Assembly: GCA_964548665.1 (NCBI GenBank)
Contig: CAZJQL010000001.1
Location: forward strand, 5,462 to 69,461
Direction: 5' to 3'
Source: an uncultured Methanosarcinales archaeon
Lineage (GTDB): Archaea; Nanobdellota; Nanobdellia; Woesearchaeales; 21-14-0-10-32-9
DNA: 64,000 bases
This document shows, piece by piece, positions 56,546-64,000 of this stretch (within the stretch, counting starts at the first letter, position 1; each line of letters starts with the position of its first letter). Made by a program: the position numbers and the translations under genes. The notes beneath the pieces are model-generated. The model searched no databases. It saw only the letters and a list, made by a program, of their open reading frames with translations, and had not been told where the DNA came from.

Positions 56546-57244
56546 TTAATCAAGCTCTATGATTGGTTTTTCTTTTCCTATTATAATGGAATATTCTTTG
56601 TTTGTTTCAAAGGATTCTGTTTTTGTTTTTATTCTAACGATATTTTGAGTTATTTCTTCAACAATTCCTGTTTTTCCTGAGTGTTTACCCGTATATATTA
56701 ATGCAAACATCCCTTTCTGAACAGATAAATGATTCAATATTTTTTTAGTTGTCAAATCATACACCACACTATCTCCTGTTTTGTATGTTTTTGCTTCTTT
56801 TTGATCAACAAGTATATTCTGTGATTGCATCGTGTTTAATTGAACTTTTCCACCAGTTATTGTAGATTTTCCTGTGATTTTTAGCAATAGTTTGTTTTTG
56901 TCTGATTCGGAAATTTCTTTTGCAAGAAGTTTCCCTTTTTTGTCTATAATTATTCTAAACGTTTTTTTCATACTTGGAACAGACACAACATCTAAAAAGC
57001 CTGTGTGAGCTTTATGATCTCTTTTTCTTTTTCCATTTACCAAAACTTCTTGAGTTGTGAGTAAATTTTTTGTCTCTTTGAGAGTTTTAGTCAAGCCAGA
57101 CATTTCTTTTAGGAATGAATTTAATGATATTGATAAATCTAATTTATGTGCGCCAGGTTTAGGTCTTGAAATAAAAACAGTGTCCTTTCTCAAAATCCTC
57201 CATGTTTTTGGAGCAGCTATTCTTTTTATATGATTTTTAGCCAT
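56546..57244 (-). CDS. rps4e: ribosomal protein eS4
   Basis: MAKNHIKRIAAPKTW. Confidence 0.85.
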   Translation of the reverse strand: MAKNHIKRIAAPKTWRILRKDTVFISRPKPGAHKLDLSISLNSFLKEMSGLTKTLKETKNLLTTQEVLVNGKRKRDHKAHTGFLDVVSVPSMKKTFRIIIDKKGKLLAKEISESDKNKLLLKITGKSTITGGKVQLNTMQSQNILVDQKEAKTYKTGDSVVYDLTTKKILNHLSVQKGMFALIYTGKHSGKTGIVEEITQNIVRIKTKTESFETNKEYSIIIGKEKPIIELD

Positions 57245-57245
57245 T

Positions 57246-57659
57246 TTAATTTGCCTCTGTTTTCTTATTCTCCTTAGATGTTTTCGGAGTCAGATTGGAT
57301 TTTCTTTTTTTGTCTGATAAATTTAATTCTATTATTTGAACATTCGAAGGAGTTATTGGAGCTTTCGTTTTGGAACCATCTCTTTTAGTCATCTCTAATT
57401 TGGAAACATATATTTTGGTGTTCTTAACATCCACTTTTTCTACAGTTCCTGTTTTAGATTTAAATGATCCTCTTAAAACTTTTACTTTATCTCCAACTCT
57501 TACTCTAGTATTTCTTTTTCCATGCTTGGCTCTTAACTCTTTAGATAAGTTTACAGACAGGAATTTAGATTTTACGTTCAGAGTTGCATTATGAATATAC
57601 TTCCTTTGCTTTCTTGGTTGAACGCTTGATTTCCATGTTTTTGAAAATTTGGTTTTCAT
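57246..57659 (-). CDS. rpl24: ribosomal protein uL24
   Basis: KOW VRVGDKVKVLRGSFKSKTGTV. Confidence 0.85.
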   Translation of the reverse strand: MKTKFSKTWKSSVQPRKQRKYIHNATLNVKSKFLSVNLSKELRAKHGKRNTRVRVGDKVKVLRGSFKSKTGTVEKVDVKNTKIYVSKLEMTKRDGSKTKAPITPSNVQIIELNLSDKKRKSNLTPKTSKENKKTEAN

Positions 57660-57690
57660 TTTTTTCCTCTTAATACATTATAATTTATAA

Positions 57691-58092
57691 TCACACGATC
57701 ATACTTGCTACTTTTGCTATACCTGGCCATCTTTCACATGCTTCTTTGGCAATAGGCCCTTTGAATATAGTTCCTTTCGGATTTCCCTTATCATCTTTAA
57801 GCACGACAGCAGCATTATCTTCGAACTTTATTCTTGTTCCATCAAGTCGTTTGTATTCTTTTTTCTGTCTTACTATGATTGCCCAGACAACTGTTTTTCT
57901 CATATCTGGTTTTCCTTTGACTACTGATGCTTGAACAAGATCTCCTACTCTTGCTGAAGGCATTTTTCCTTTTAGTGTTTTATGTCCTTTAACTGAAAAT
58001 ATCTTCAACACTTTTGCTCCACTATTATCACAGGTTTCTACCCTTGCTCCGTGTGGAAGTGATTTTGGAATTGTTGCTTTGATTGATTTCAT
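57691..58092 (-). CDS. rpl14: ribosomal protein uL14
   Basis: GARVETCDNSGAKVLKI. Confidence 0.88.
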   Translation of the reverse strand: MKSIKATIPKSLPHGARVETCDNSGAKVLKIFSVKGHKTLKGKMPSARVGDLVQASVVKGKPDMRKTVVWAIIVRQKKEYKRLDGTRIKFEDNAAVVLKDDKGNPKGTIFKGPIAKEACERWPGIAKVASMIV

Positions 58093-58103
58093 TTTTCATA
58101 CCT

Positions 58104-58385
58104 TCAATTTAAGTTTTGATTGTGTTTCTTTATTATTTCAGTAACGATGAAATTTTTTGTTTTTGATATAGGTCTTGTTTCTTCTATTTTAACTATATCT
58201 CCTTTTTCAGCATTTATTGATTCCGGATTGTGTGCTTTAACTTTTGTTCTTCTTTTTTCATATCTTTCATACTTAGGAATGTATTTAGTTCTGTCCCATT
58301 GCACTGTAACAGTCTTACTCATTTTGTCACTTATGACTTCTCCTATGAATTTTCTTCCTCTCGTTGAAATTTTTGTTTCAGTCAT
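58104..58385 (-). CDS. rps17: ribosomal protein uS17
   Basis: OB-fold S17 pattern. Confidence 0.8.
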   Translation of the reverse strand: MTETKISTRGRKFIGEVISDKMSKTVTVQWDRTKYIPKYERYEKRRTKVKAHNPESINAEKGDIVKIEETRPISKTKNFIVTEIIKKHNQNLN

Positions 58386-58386
58386 T

Positions 58387-58632
58387 TTATTTCTCCTTGA
58401 TTTTGATTCTTTCTTCCGGCCTTTTTGTTATTTTATTTCCATCAATTTTTTGATTGTTTAATTCGAATTGCTTGTCTTTTTTGAATATCATCATTTCTTT
58501 GTTTTTTGTTTGAATTGTGAATGTGTTTTTTGTTTCATCAATAATTAAACCTGTTATTTGTTCTTGTTGTTTATTTTTTGAGCTTATTATTTTGACTTGT
58601 TTTCCGATGAATTCTTGTTGATGTTTGTTCAT
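58387..58632 (-). CDS. rnp1: RNase P protein subunit Rpp29/Pop4
   Basis: Sm-like barrel FIGKQVKIISSKNK...GLIIDETKNTF; canonical position between uS17 and SUI1. Confidence 0.65.
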   Translation of the reverse strand: MNKHQQEFIGKQVKIISSKNKQQEQITGLIIDETKNTFTIQTKNKEMMIFKKDKQFELNNQKIDGNKITKRPEERIKIKEK

Positions 58633-58633
58633 T

Positions 58634-58939
58634 TTATGATTCTATGGAATCAGGACTGAATCCTTGTTTTACAAGTTCTTTTCTCATTTCTTTTGTGTGA
58701 TCCCCTTGAAGTTCAATCATTCCATCCTTTGATGTTCCGCCACACGCAAATCTGCTCTTCAGCTTCTTGGTGAGCTCCTTGATATCCACTTCATGTTTAT
58801 TAATGCCTTCAACAACCGTGTATTTTTTTCCGAATTTCTTCTTGACAAGTTTAACGATTATTTTTTGTCCTTCTTTTGCAATGTTTTCCCAGACGCCCAA
58901 TTCTTTTGGAAGACCGGTGATAGGATCTATTTCTGGCAT
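58634..58939 (-). CDS. translation initiation factor SUI1 (aIF1)
   Basis: SRFACGGT SUI1 signature. Confidence 0.8.
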   Translation of the reverse strand: MPEIDPITGLPKELGVWENIAKEGQKIIVKLVKKKFGKKYTVVEGINKHEVDIKELTKKLKSRFACGGTSKDGMIELQGDHTKEMRKELVKQGFSPDSIES

Positions 58940-58943
58940 TTAG

Positions 58944-59144
58944 CTATTTTTCCTCCACATTTTTTTGATTTTTTATTGTTAATATTTGAGCAATAGTTCT
59001 TTTTATTTGTTTAATCTGTCCTGGACTTTTTGGAGCTGTACCTGTGCTTGCCTGTCCTTTTAATTTTATTAATTCTGAATTTAACTCTGAAAGTTTTTTC
59101 TCTATTTCTTCAGATTTTAATTTTCTCAAATCTTTTATTTTCAT
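58944..59144 (-). CDS. rpl29: ribosomal protein uL29
   Basis: LRKLKSEEIEKKLSELNSEL. Confidence 0.8.
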   Translation of the reverse strand: MKIKDLRKLKSEEIEKKLSELNSELIKLKGQASTGTAPKSPGQIKQIKRTIAQILTIKNQKNVEEK

Positions 59145-59923
59145 TCTTCATCCTTCTTTTCTTGTTTTGTGACTTTCTTCACAGCTTTTTTGGTTGCTGA
59201 TTTTTTTGCAACTTTCTTTTTAGGCGATTTTTCTTTTGACTCTTCTTGTGCAGATTCTTCAACACTCATAGAGTCTAAATTTTTTTGTTCCTGCTGAGCA
59301 CCAACATTTGGTGGTATTGATTGTGTTTGATCTAAAATTTTTACTTTATCTGGCAAAACTGTTGTCCCCGGCATAATTTTTACCTGAACACCGATTATAC
59401 CTGTTTTAGTTTTAGCAACCTGTTTTGCTTCATCTACCCCAGTTATGCTTACATCTCCACATTTTTTTAAGTAACCTTGATAAAATCTCCAAGTTTTTGC
59501 TCTCGAACTAGGTATTTTTCCTGAAATTAAAACTTCTATTCCTAAAGCTCCTGAATCCATTACTGTTCCTAACGCCTTGTGTCCCACTCCCTTGAATCTC
59601 GCGGTGCCGAACTTCTCGAGCGAGTTAGCAATCATTTCAGCAGTTACTGCAGCATTACCTCTCGGATCTTGTAATTCTTCTATTTCTATTTGAGGATTCT
59701 CAAGATTGAATTTTTCCTTTAATACCCTGGTTAATCTTGCAATATTGCTTCCGCCTTTTCCAACAACCAAACCAGGTCTTGATGCCACAACAATTATTTT
59801 TTCTCCCAGAGGAGTTCTTTGCAATTTTACATCACTCAGTCCTACTCTACTTAATTCTTTGAACAAGTAATCTTTAACTAGGAATTCTTTGATGTTTTGC
59901 GATACAAATTTTCTCTCAATCAT
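59141..59923 (-). CDS. rps3: ribosomal protein uS3 (KH domain, K-rich C-terminus)
   Basis: KH GKGGSNI motif. Confidence 0.88.
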   Translation of the reverse strand: MIERKFVSQNIKEFLVKDYLFKELSRVGLSDVKLQRTPLGEKIIVVASRPGLVVGKGGSNIARLTRVLKEKFNLENPQIEIEELQDPRGNAAVTAEMIANSLEKFGTARFKGVGHKALGTVMDSGALGIEVLISGKIPSSRAKTWRFYQGYLKKCGDVSITGVDEAKQVAKTKTGIIGVQVKIMPGTTVLPDKVKILDQTQSIPPNVGAQQEQKNLDSMSVEESAQEESKEKSPKKKVAKKSATKKAVKKVTKQEKKDEE

Positions 59924-60453
59924 TTTTTATCCTCTGGATTAGTTTCTTTTTTTGTTTGAACAGTTTTAGATCCTTTGTTCTCTGTACTCTTTATTGGCTT
60001 TGGTTTTACTTCTTTTTTCTCTAATTCTTCAACAGCTATTTCCAAGTGAGTTCTTTTGAATTTTCTTCTCCTTTGTCTGCCTTGATGAAATGTATTTGAT
60101 GATTTGTTAACTACTAAATGAACTATTTTTAGCTCTTCTGACAAACCTTTTGCCTGAGCGTTAGCTTCAACTTGTTTGATTATTTTTATGAAAGCCTCTG
60201 ATGCTTTTTGGGGAAATCTTCCTTGTCCTATTGCAGTTCCTTTTCTGTGTCCAACACCATCTGTGAATCTTTTGAAAGGTATTGCTTGTTTTTTCTCTAG
60301 GACTCTTTCAAGTATTTGCTTGGCTTTTTTAGTGGTTTTTCCTCTGATGAAATTAGCGATTTCTAAAGATGTTTTGGTTGATACTTCTACATCTTTTGAT
60401 ATAGCTCTAGCCATATTTTCCTTGAATTGCTGTAATGCATATTTGGTTTTCAT
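59920..60453 (-). CDS. rpl22: ribosomal protein uL22
   Basis: Position plus sequence. Confidence 0.8.
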   Translation of the reverse strand: MKTKYALQQFKENMARAISKDVEVSTKTSLEIANFIRGKTTKKAKQILERVLEKKQAIPFKRFTDGVGHRKGTAIGQGRFPQKASEAFIKIIKQVEANAQAKGLSEELKIVHLVVNKSSNTFHQGRQRRRKFKRTHLEIAVEELEKKEVKPKPIKSTENKGSKTVQTKKETNPEDKK

Positions 60454-60478
60454 CTGCTTTCACTTCAAATTATTCTAA

Positions 60479-60859
60479 TTATTTAACTGAAACATTGGAG
60501 GATGATTTTGTCGATCCTACTCCTGGCGAACTGTGTTGTACTTTTCTTCTTGATAAAGCAAGCTCTCCGAGGTAGCAACCGATTGATTCCTCTTGTATAA
60601 TTACTGATTGAAATTCTTTTCCAGTATGTATTTTTATGGTTTTTCCGACCATTGAAGGAAGAACTATCATGTCTCTCAAATGCGTTTTGACATTATCTCC
60701 TACCTTCATATCTTCGATAAATTTTTTCTCAACATCTGAAAGTCCTCTTTTGAGCTTTCTTCTCTGCCTTGATGGAAGTAACTCTGAAAGATCTTTTATT
60801 GAAAGAGCTTTTAGTTCTTCCAATGTTTTTCCCCTGTATGTGAATATTTTTTTTGCCAT
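60479..60859 (-). CDS. rps19: ribosomal protein uS19
   Basis: HLRDMIVLPSMVGKTIKIHTGKEF. Confidence 0.85.
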   Translation of the reverse strand: MAKKIFTYRGKTLEELKALSIKDLSELLPSRQRRKLKRGLSDVEKKFIEDMKVGDNVKTHLRDMIVLPSMVGKTIKIHTGKEFQSVIIQEESIGCYLGELALSRRKVQHSSPGVGSTKSSSNVSVK

Positions 60860-60874
60860 GTTAACTTACCTTGA

Positions 60875-61573
60875 TTATTTGTTTCTTCTTCCCGATCTTC
60901 TTGGTCTTATCATTCCTACTTTTCTACCTGGTGGCGCATTTTTAGGAGCAGGTCTTGCTTTTGATTTTCTTAAAGATCTCTTGTTACCAAATGGATGCGC
61001 TACTGCGTTCATTGCAGATCCAGATACAATCGGATAGTATTTGTTTTTTGATTTTGATATGTGGTGTTTCTTTCCTGCTTTAAGTAATGGTTTTTCTGGT
61101 CTTCCTCCACCAGCAACAATTCCAATCATAGCTCTGCATTCAGGATGAAATAATCTTTGTTTTTTTGATGGTAAAAGAACAGTTATTGCCTTGTCTGTTT
61201 TTGATATTAATTTAGCAGAAGTTCCTGATCCTCTTACAAATTTTCCTCCATCACCTGGAATTGCCTCTATGCTAAATATATCAGTTCCTTCAGGGATGTC
61301 TTTCAAAGGAAGAATTGTTCCTGTTTGAACTGCTTGATTTAAAACTACTGTATCTCCTATTGCAACACCTTCAGGAGCGATGAGTAAACTTGTTGTTTTG
61401 TCATCGTATTCTGCTTCGATTAGAGGAGCTGTGTGACCGGCACATCTAACAAGATTCTTAACAACGTATTGATTCTTACTGAGCATTTTGACTTCGCCTT
61501 TGTATCTGAAATCTGGAGCTCTGAATCTACCTGATCCTTTTCCTCTTCTTTGTTGAATAAGATTTTTTCCCAT
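60875..61573 (-). CDS. rpl2: ribosomal protein uL2
   Basis: GGGRPEKP...HISK; RRSGRRNK C-terminus. Confidence 0.9.
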   Translation of the reverse strand: MGKNLIQQRRGKGSGRFRAPDFRYKGEVKMLSKNQYVVKNLVRCAGHTAPLIEAEYDDKTTSLLIAPEGVAIGDTVVLNQAVQTGTILPLKDIPEGTDIFSIEAIPGDGGKFVRGSGTSAKLISKTDKAITVLLPSKKQRLFHPECRAMIGIVAGGGRPEKPLLKAGKKHHISKSKNKYYPIVSGSAMNAVAHPFGNKRSLRKSKARPAPKNAPPGRKVGMIRPRRSGRRNK

Positions 61574-61600
61574 TTATTACACCTTATGAACTTTACATAT

Positions 61601-61855
61601 CTACATTAAACCTAATTTTGTTGCTACATCGATAGCAGGAGTTTCTTGTGAAAATTTTATGTATGCTTTTTTTCTTCCTTTTGTATCCATCAATGTTTTC
61701 ACGTTAGAGACTTTTGCTTGGAATTCTTTTTCGATTGCTTGTTTTATTTGAATTTTATCTGCTCTTGGGTCAACAACAAAAACTAATTTGTTCTCAGATT
61801 CCATTAATCTTATGCTTTTTTCTGTGGCTAATGGATATAATATTACTTTGTTCAT
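61601..61855 (-). CDS. rpl23: ribosomal protein uL23
   Basis: Pattern plus position. Confidence 0.85.
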   Translation of the reverse strand: MNKVILYPLATEKSIRLMESENKLVFVVDPRADKIQIKQAIEKEFQAKVSNVKTLMDTKGRKKAYIKFSQETPAIDVATKLGLM

Positions 61856-62799
61856 TGTTCATCCCCTTTCGCCTTAGATTTTTTTGAAGTCGCATTTTTA
61901 GTCGTTGTTTTTTTGACTGCGGTTTTGGTTTGTTTAACTTTTTTTTCTTGAGAATCTGCTTTTATTTTTTTTACAGATTCTCCCTTAAAATCTTTAGTGA
62001 ATAGTTTGTTTTCTGAAATTTTCTTTATTGCAGATTCAGTATATAATGTCAATCTTCCTGGTTGAGCTCCAGGTGCAAGTAATTCAACATTTAAAGCTTC
62101 AGGAGTCACCACATCAAATCCTGTAAAATTATTTGCTGATTTTTGCAAATTACAAGATTCTGAAACAACAAAAAGAATTCCTGTTTTTGTTTTGTATTTT
62201 CTTCCTCTTGTTTTTCCTTTACCAGCTCTTATTTTTCTTTCTTCAGTTCTTTTTATTTCTTCTGAAAATCCTGTTTTTTGAAGAATTTTTCTTAATTCTG
62301 ATGTTTTTGATATTTTTTGAAAGTCATCTGATAAAATGAAAGGGTATGCTTCTGGAATTCTATGCCCTCTTTCCGCCACAAGTTTCTTTGACATAGTGGA
62401 GGATAAAGCTGATCTTATTGATTTTCTATTTTCCGTTTCATTTATTTTTTGTTCCCAAACCTTAGATGCTTTTGGTGGATGTGCTCTTCTTCCACCCACT
62501 GTTTGTGGTGCAAATGCCCCTACAAAATAAAATCTCGTTCCGCTCCTATTAAGTATTTTTCTAGGAGTTCTTGATTGACCTATTCCGTATGTTCCTTTAT
62601 AATCTCTTCTTCTCTTTGAAACAAAAGCAGAATATCTTTTACCTGCTTCAGGATGTGAACCGTATTGTTGTCTTTTATTTGCTTGTATTGCAAGCACTGC
62701 TCTTTTAATCAAGTCACTTCTCACAGGTTCATGGAATTGTTCTGGCAAATCTATTGTGCCTTTTTCTGCTCCATCCTTGTTCATTATTTTGAGTTTCAT
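61852..62799 (-). CDS. rpl4: ribosomal protein uL4 with about 60-aa K-rich C-terminal extension
   Basis: L4 core plus KKTTTKNATSKKSKAKG tail. Confidence 0.85.
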   Translation of the reverse strand: MKLKIMNKDGAEKGTIDLPEQFHEPVRSDLIKRAVLAIQANKRQQYGSHPEAGKRYSAFVSKRRRDYKGTYGIGQSRTPRKILNRSGTRFYFVGAFAPQTVGGRRAHPPKASKVWEQKINETENRKSIRSALSSTMSKKLVAERGHRIPEAYPFILSDDFQKISKTSELRKILQKTGFSEEIKRTEERKIRAGKGKTRGRKYKTKTGILFVVSESCNLQKSANNFTGFDVVTPEALNVELLAPGAQPGRLTLYTESAIKKISENKLFTKDFKGESVKKIKADSQEKKVKQTKTAVKKTTTKNATSKKSKAKGDEQ

Positions 62800-62802
62800 T
62801 GT

Positions 62803-63801
62803 TTATCTTCCTTGTTGTGATTCTGTATTGATGTATTTTATTGATTCAGATGTTTGTGATGTCTTCTTCTTGAGTCTTATTGGTTCTGAAAGAAGAACTA
62901 ATCTTTTTTTAGGACCCTGTATTGATCCTTTTATTAGAACATATGATGATTTTACCAAGCCATAGTTTACAAGTCCTCCTTTAGGATTTACTTCCTCTGG
63001 CTTGTCGCTTATTTTTATGATGTTGTTATTATATTGTGTTCTTTGATGGTAACCCATTTGACCTGCATGAGCAACTCTGTACATAACGTGTCCTTGTCCT
63101 GACCAACCACCTAATGAGCCTACAGATCTTACTCCTTTTTCAGATTTATGATTTTTTAAGCCTATTCCAAATCTTTTTACAGGTCCTTGGAATCCTTTTC
63201 CTTTGGTTACTCCATGAGAATCAACAAATTGTCCTTCTTTGAAAACTTGAGAAATTGTTATTAGTTTATCAACATGATTTTTTACAAATTCCAGCTTTTC
63301 TTGTATATTTCCTCCAAGTTCTACTTCGAATAAATCAGGAGTTTTTTTAAGGTCTATTGTTTTCGGAGTTGTATAAACTTGAATAGTTAAATCAGAATAT
63401 TTTGATAAATCAAGTTTTGATAGTTCTTCTGTGTTTTTTATTTTTGAAGAATCTTTTGGAGTGTTAGTTTTTCTGGATAAATCTTTATCAACTTTAAAAT
63501 TTATTTGGTGCTTGACTATAGTTCCTGTTCCTTCTTTAGAATATAATCTTATGCTAGCTATTTTTACAGGAGGACATTCTAGAATTGTTACTGCTTCAAA
63601 CGCATCTATTCCTGAAGTTCTTTTATTTTTATCTGTTCCTGTTATTAATATGTGCGTCATTCCTGCTTTGTATGTTGGAAATGATAATAATTTTGCTTCT
63701 TTTAATTTAGGAACAGATCTTATTCTAGCAACAGTGTTTTTGGCTCTTTTTCTAGGCCAGACACCCATGCTTCCGAATCTTGGTCTTTTTGGTTTTGGCA
63801 T
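62803..63801 (-). CDS. rpl3: ribosomal protein uL3
   Basis: MPKPKRPRFGSMGVWPRKRA. Confidence 0.9.
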   Translation of the reverse strand: MPKPKRPRFGSMGVWPRKRAKNTVARIRSVPKLKEAKLLSFPTYKAGMTHILITGTDKNKRTSGIDAFEAVTILECPPVKIASIRLYSKEGTGTIVKHQINFKVDKDLSRKTNTPKDSSKIKNTEELSKLDLSKYSDLTIQVYTTPKTIDLKKTPDLFEVELGGNIQEKLEFVKNHVDKLITISQVFKEGQFVDSHGVTKGKGFQGPVKRFGIGLKNHKSEKGVRSVGSLGGWSGQGHVMYRVAHAGQMGYHQRTQYNNNIIKISDKPEEVNPKGGLVNYGLVKSSYVLIKGSIQGPKKRLVLLSEPIRLKKKTSQTSESIKYINTESQQGR

Positions 63802-64000
63802 TATTTATACCTTTGTATAACTCTTTTGATTGGTTCACGTAGGGCTACGTAAACTTTTTTTATAAACGCCTATTGTTGAAACCTTTTTTCAGAAAACATC
63901 ATCTGTTTGTCAAAAAAGGCCTCTTTTCAGGCGCAGTTTTTGCGTTGAAATCGTCTAAAACTTCAACTATTACTTTGAGAGGAATACATTTCGATTTAAA

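Overview
This is a low-GC (roughly one-third G+C by eye) archaeal window with compact coding. The archaeal assignment rests on the ribosomal-protein superoperon carrying eL19, eL32, eS4, eL14 and eL34 with RNase P Rpp29 and SUI1 inserted, plus PCNA, Hjc, ScpB, a SAMP/NcsA pair, a TrmB-family regulator and a DUF106 insertase next to SecY. The window falls into three blocks.

Block 1 (1-13 kb) holds stress and detoxification genes: a partial ArsM-like methyltransferase, a CPKC thioredoxin-like protein, a CcdA-like membrane protein and an ArsP-type permease. It also holds a bacterial-type GroEL/GroES pair, a small heat-shock protein, a minimal 2TM K+ channel, a MoxR-DUF58-vWA (Bat-like) operon and an MFS transporter.

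Block 2 (13-31 kb) lies entirely on the minus strand and looks accessory. A Type I R-M operon (DUF45, HsdR, HsdS, HsdM) is split open by tightly coupled extra genes. These are a HEPN/MNT pair, a two-TM coiled-coil protein, an Mrr-like PD-(D/E)xK nuclease fused to TPR repeats, and a TM/coiled-coil protein of unknown function. A small RHH gene sits at the operon head and a HARE-HTH gene at its tail. Next comes a DNA-transaction module: a Zn-ribbon protein, a minimal 265-aa ATP-dependent DNA ligase, an Hjc resolvase, a 515-aa double winged-helix protein, PCNA, and a 928-aa PolB homologue whose polymerase catalytic motifs look degenerate. These two clusters are the best candidates for something undescribed.

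Block 3 (31-64 kb) is core genome. It has two beta-CASP RNases, an orphan histidine kinase, an intron-containing class II tRNA (probably Leu-CAA), ScpB with a possible kleisin, the SAMP+NcsA tRNA-thiolation pair, TrmB, L14e and L34e, and SecY with DUF106. It ends with a 24-gene ribosomal-protein run (uL15 to uL3) that includes RNase P Rpp29 and SUI1.

A 118-bp promoter/leader module is present twice, at 2861 and 12997. No CRISPR array, integrase or transposase was seen.
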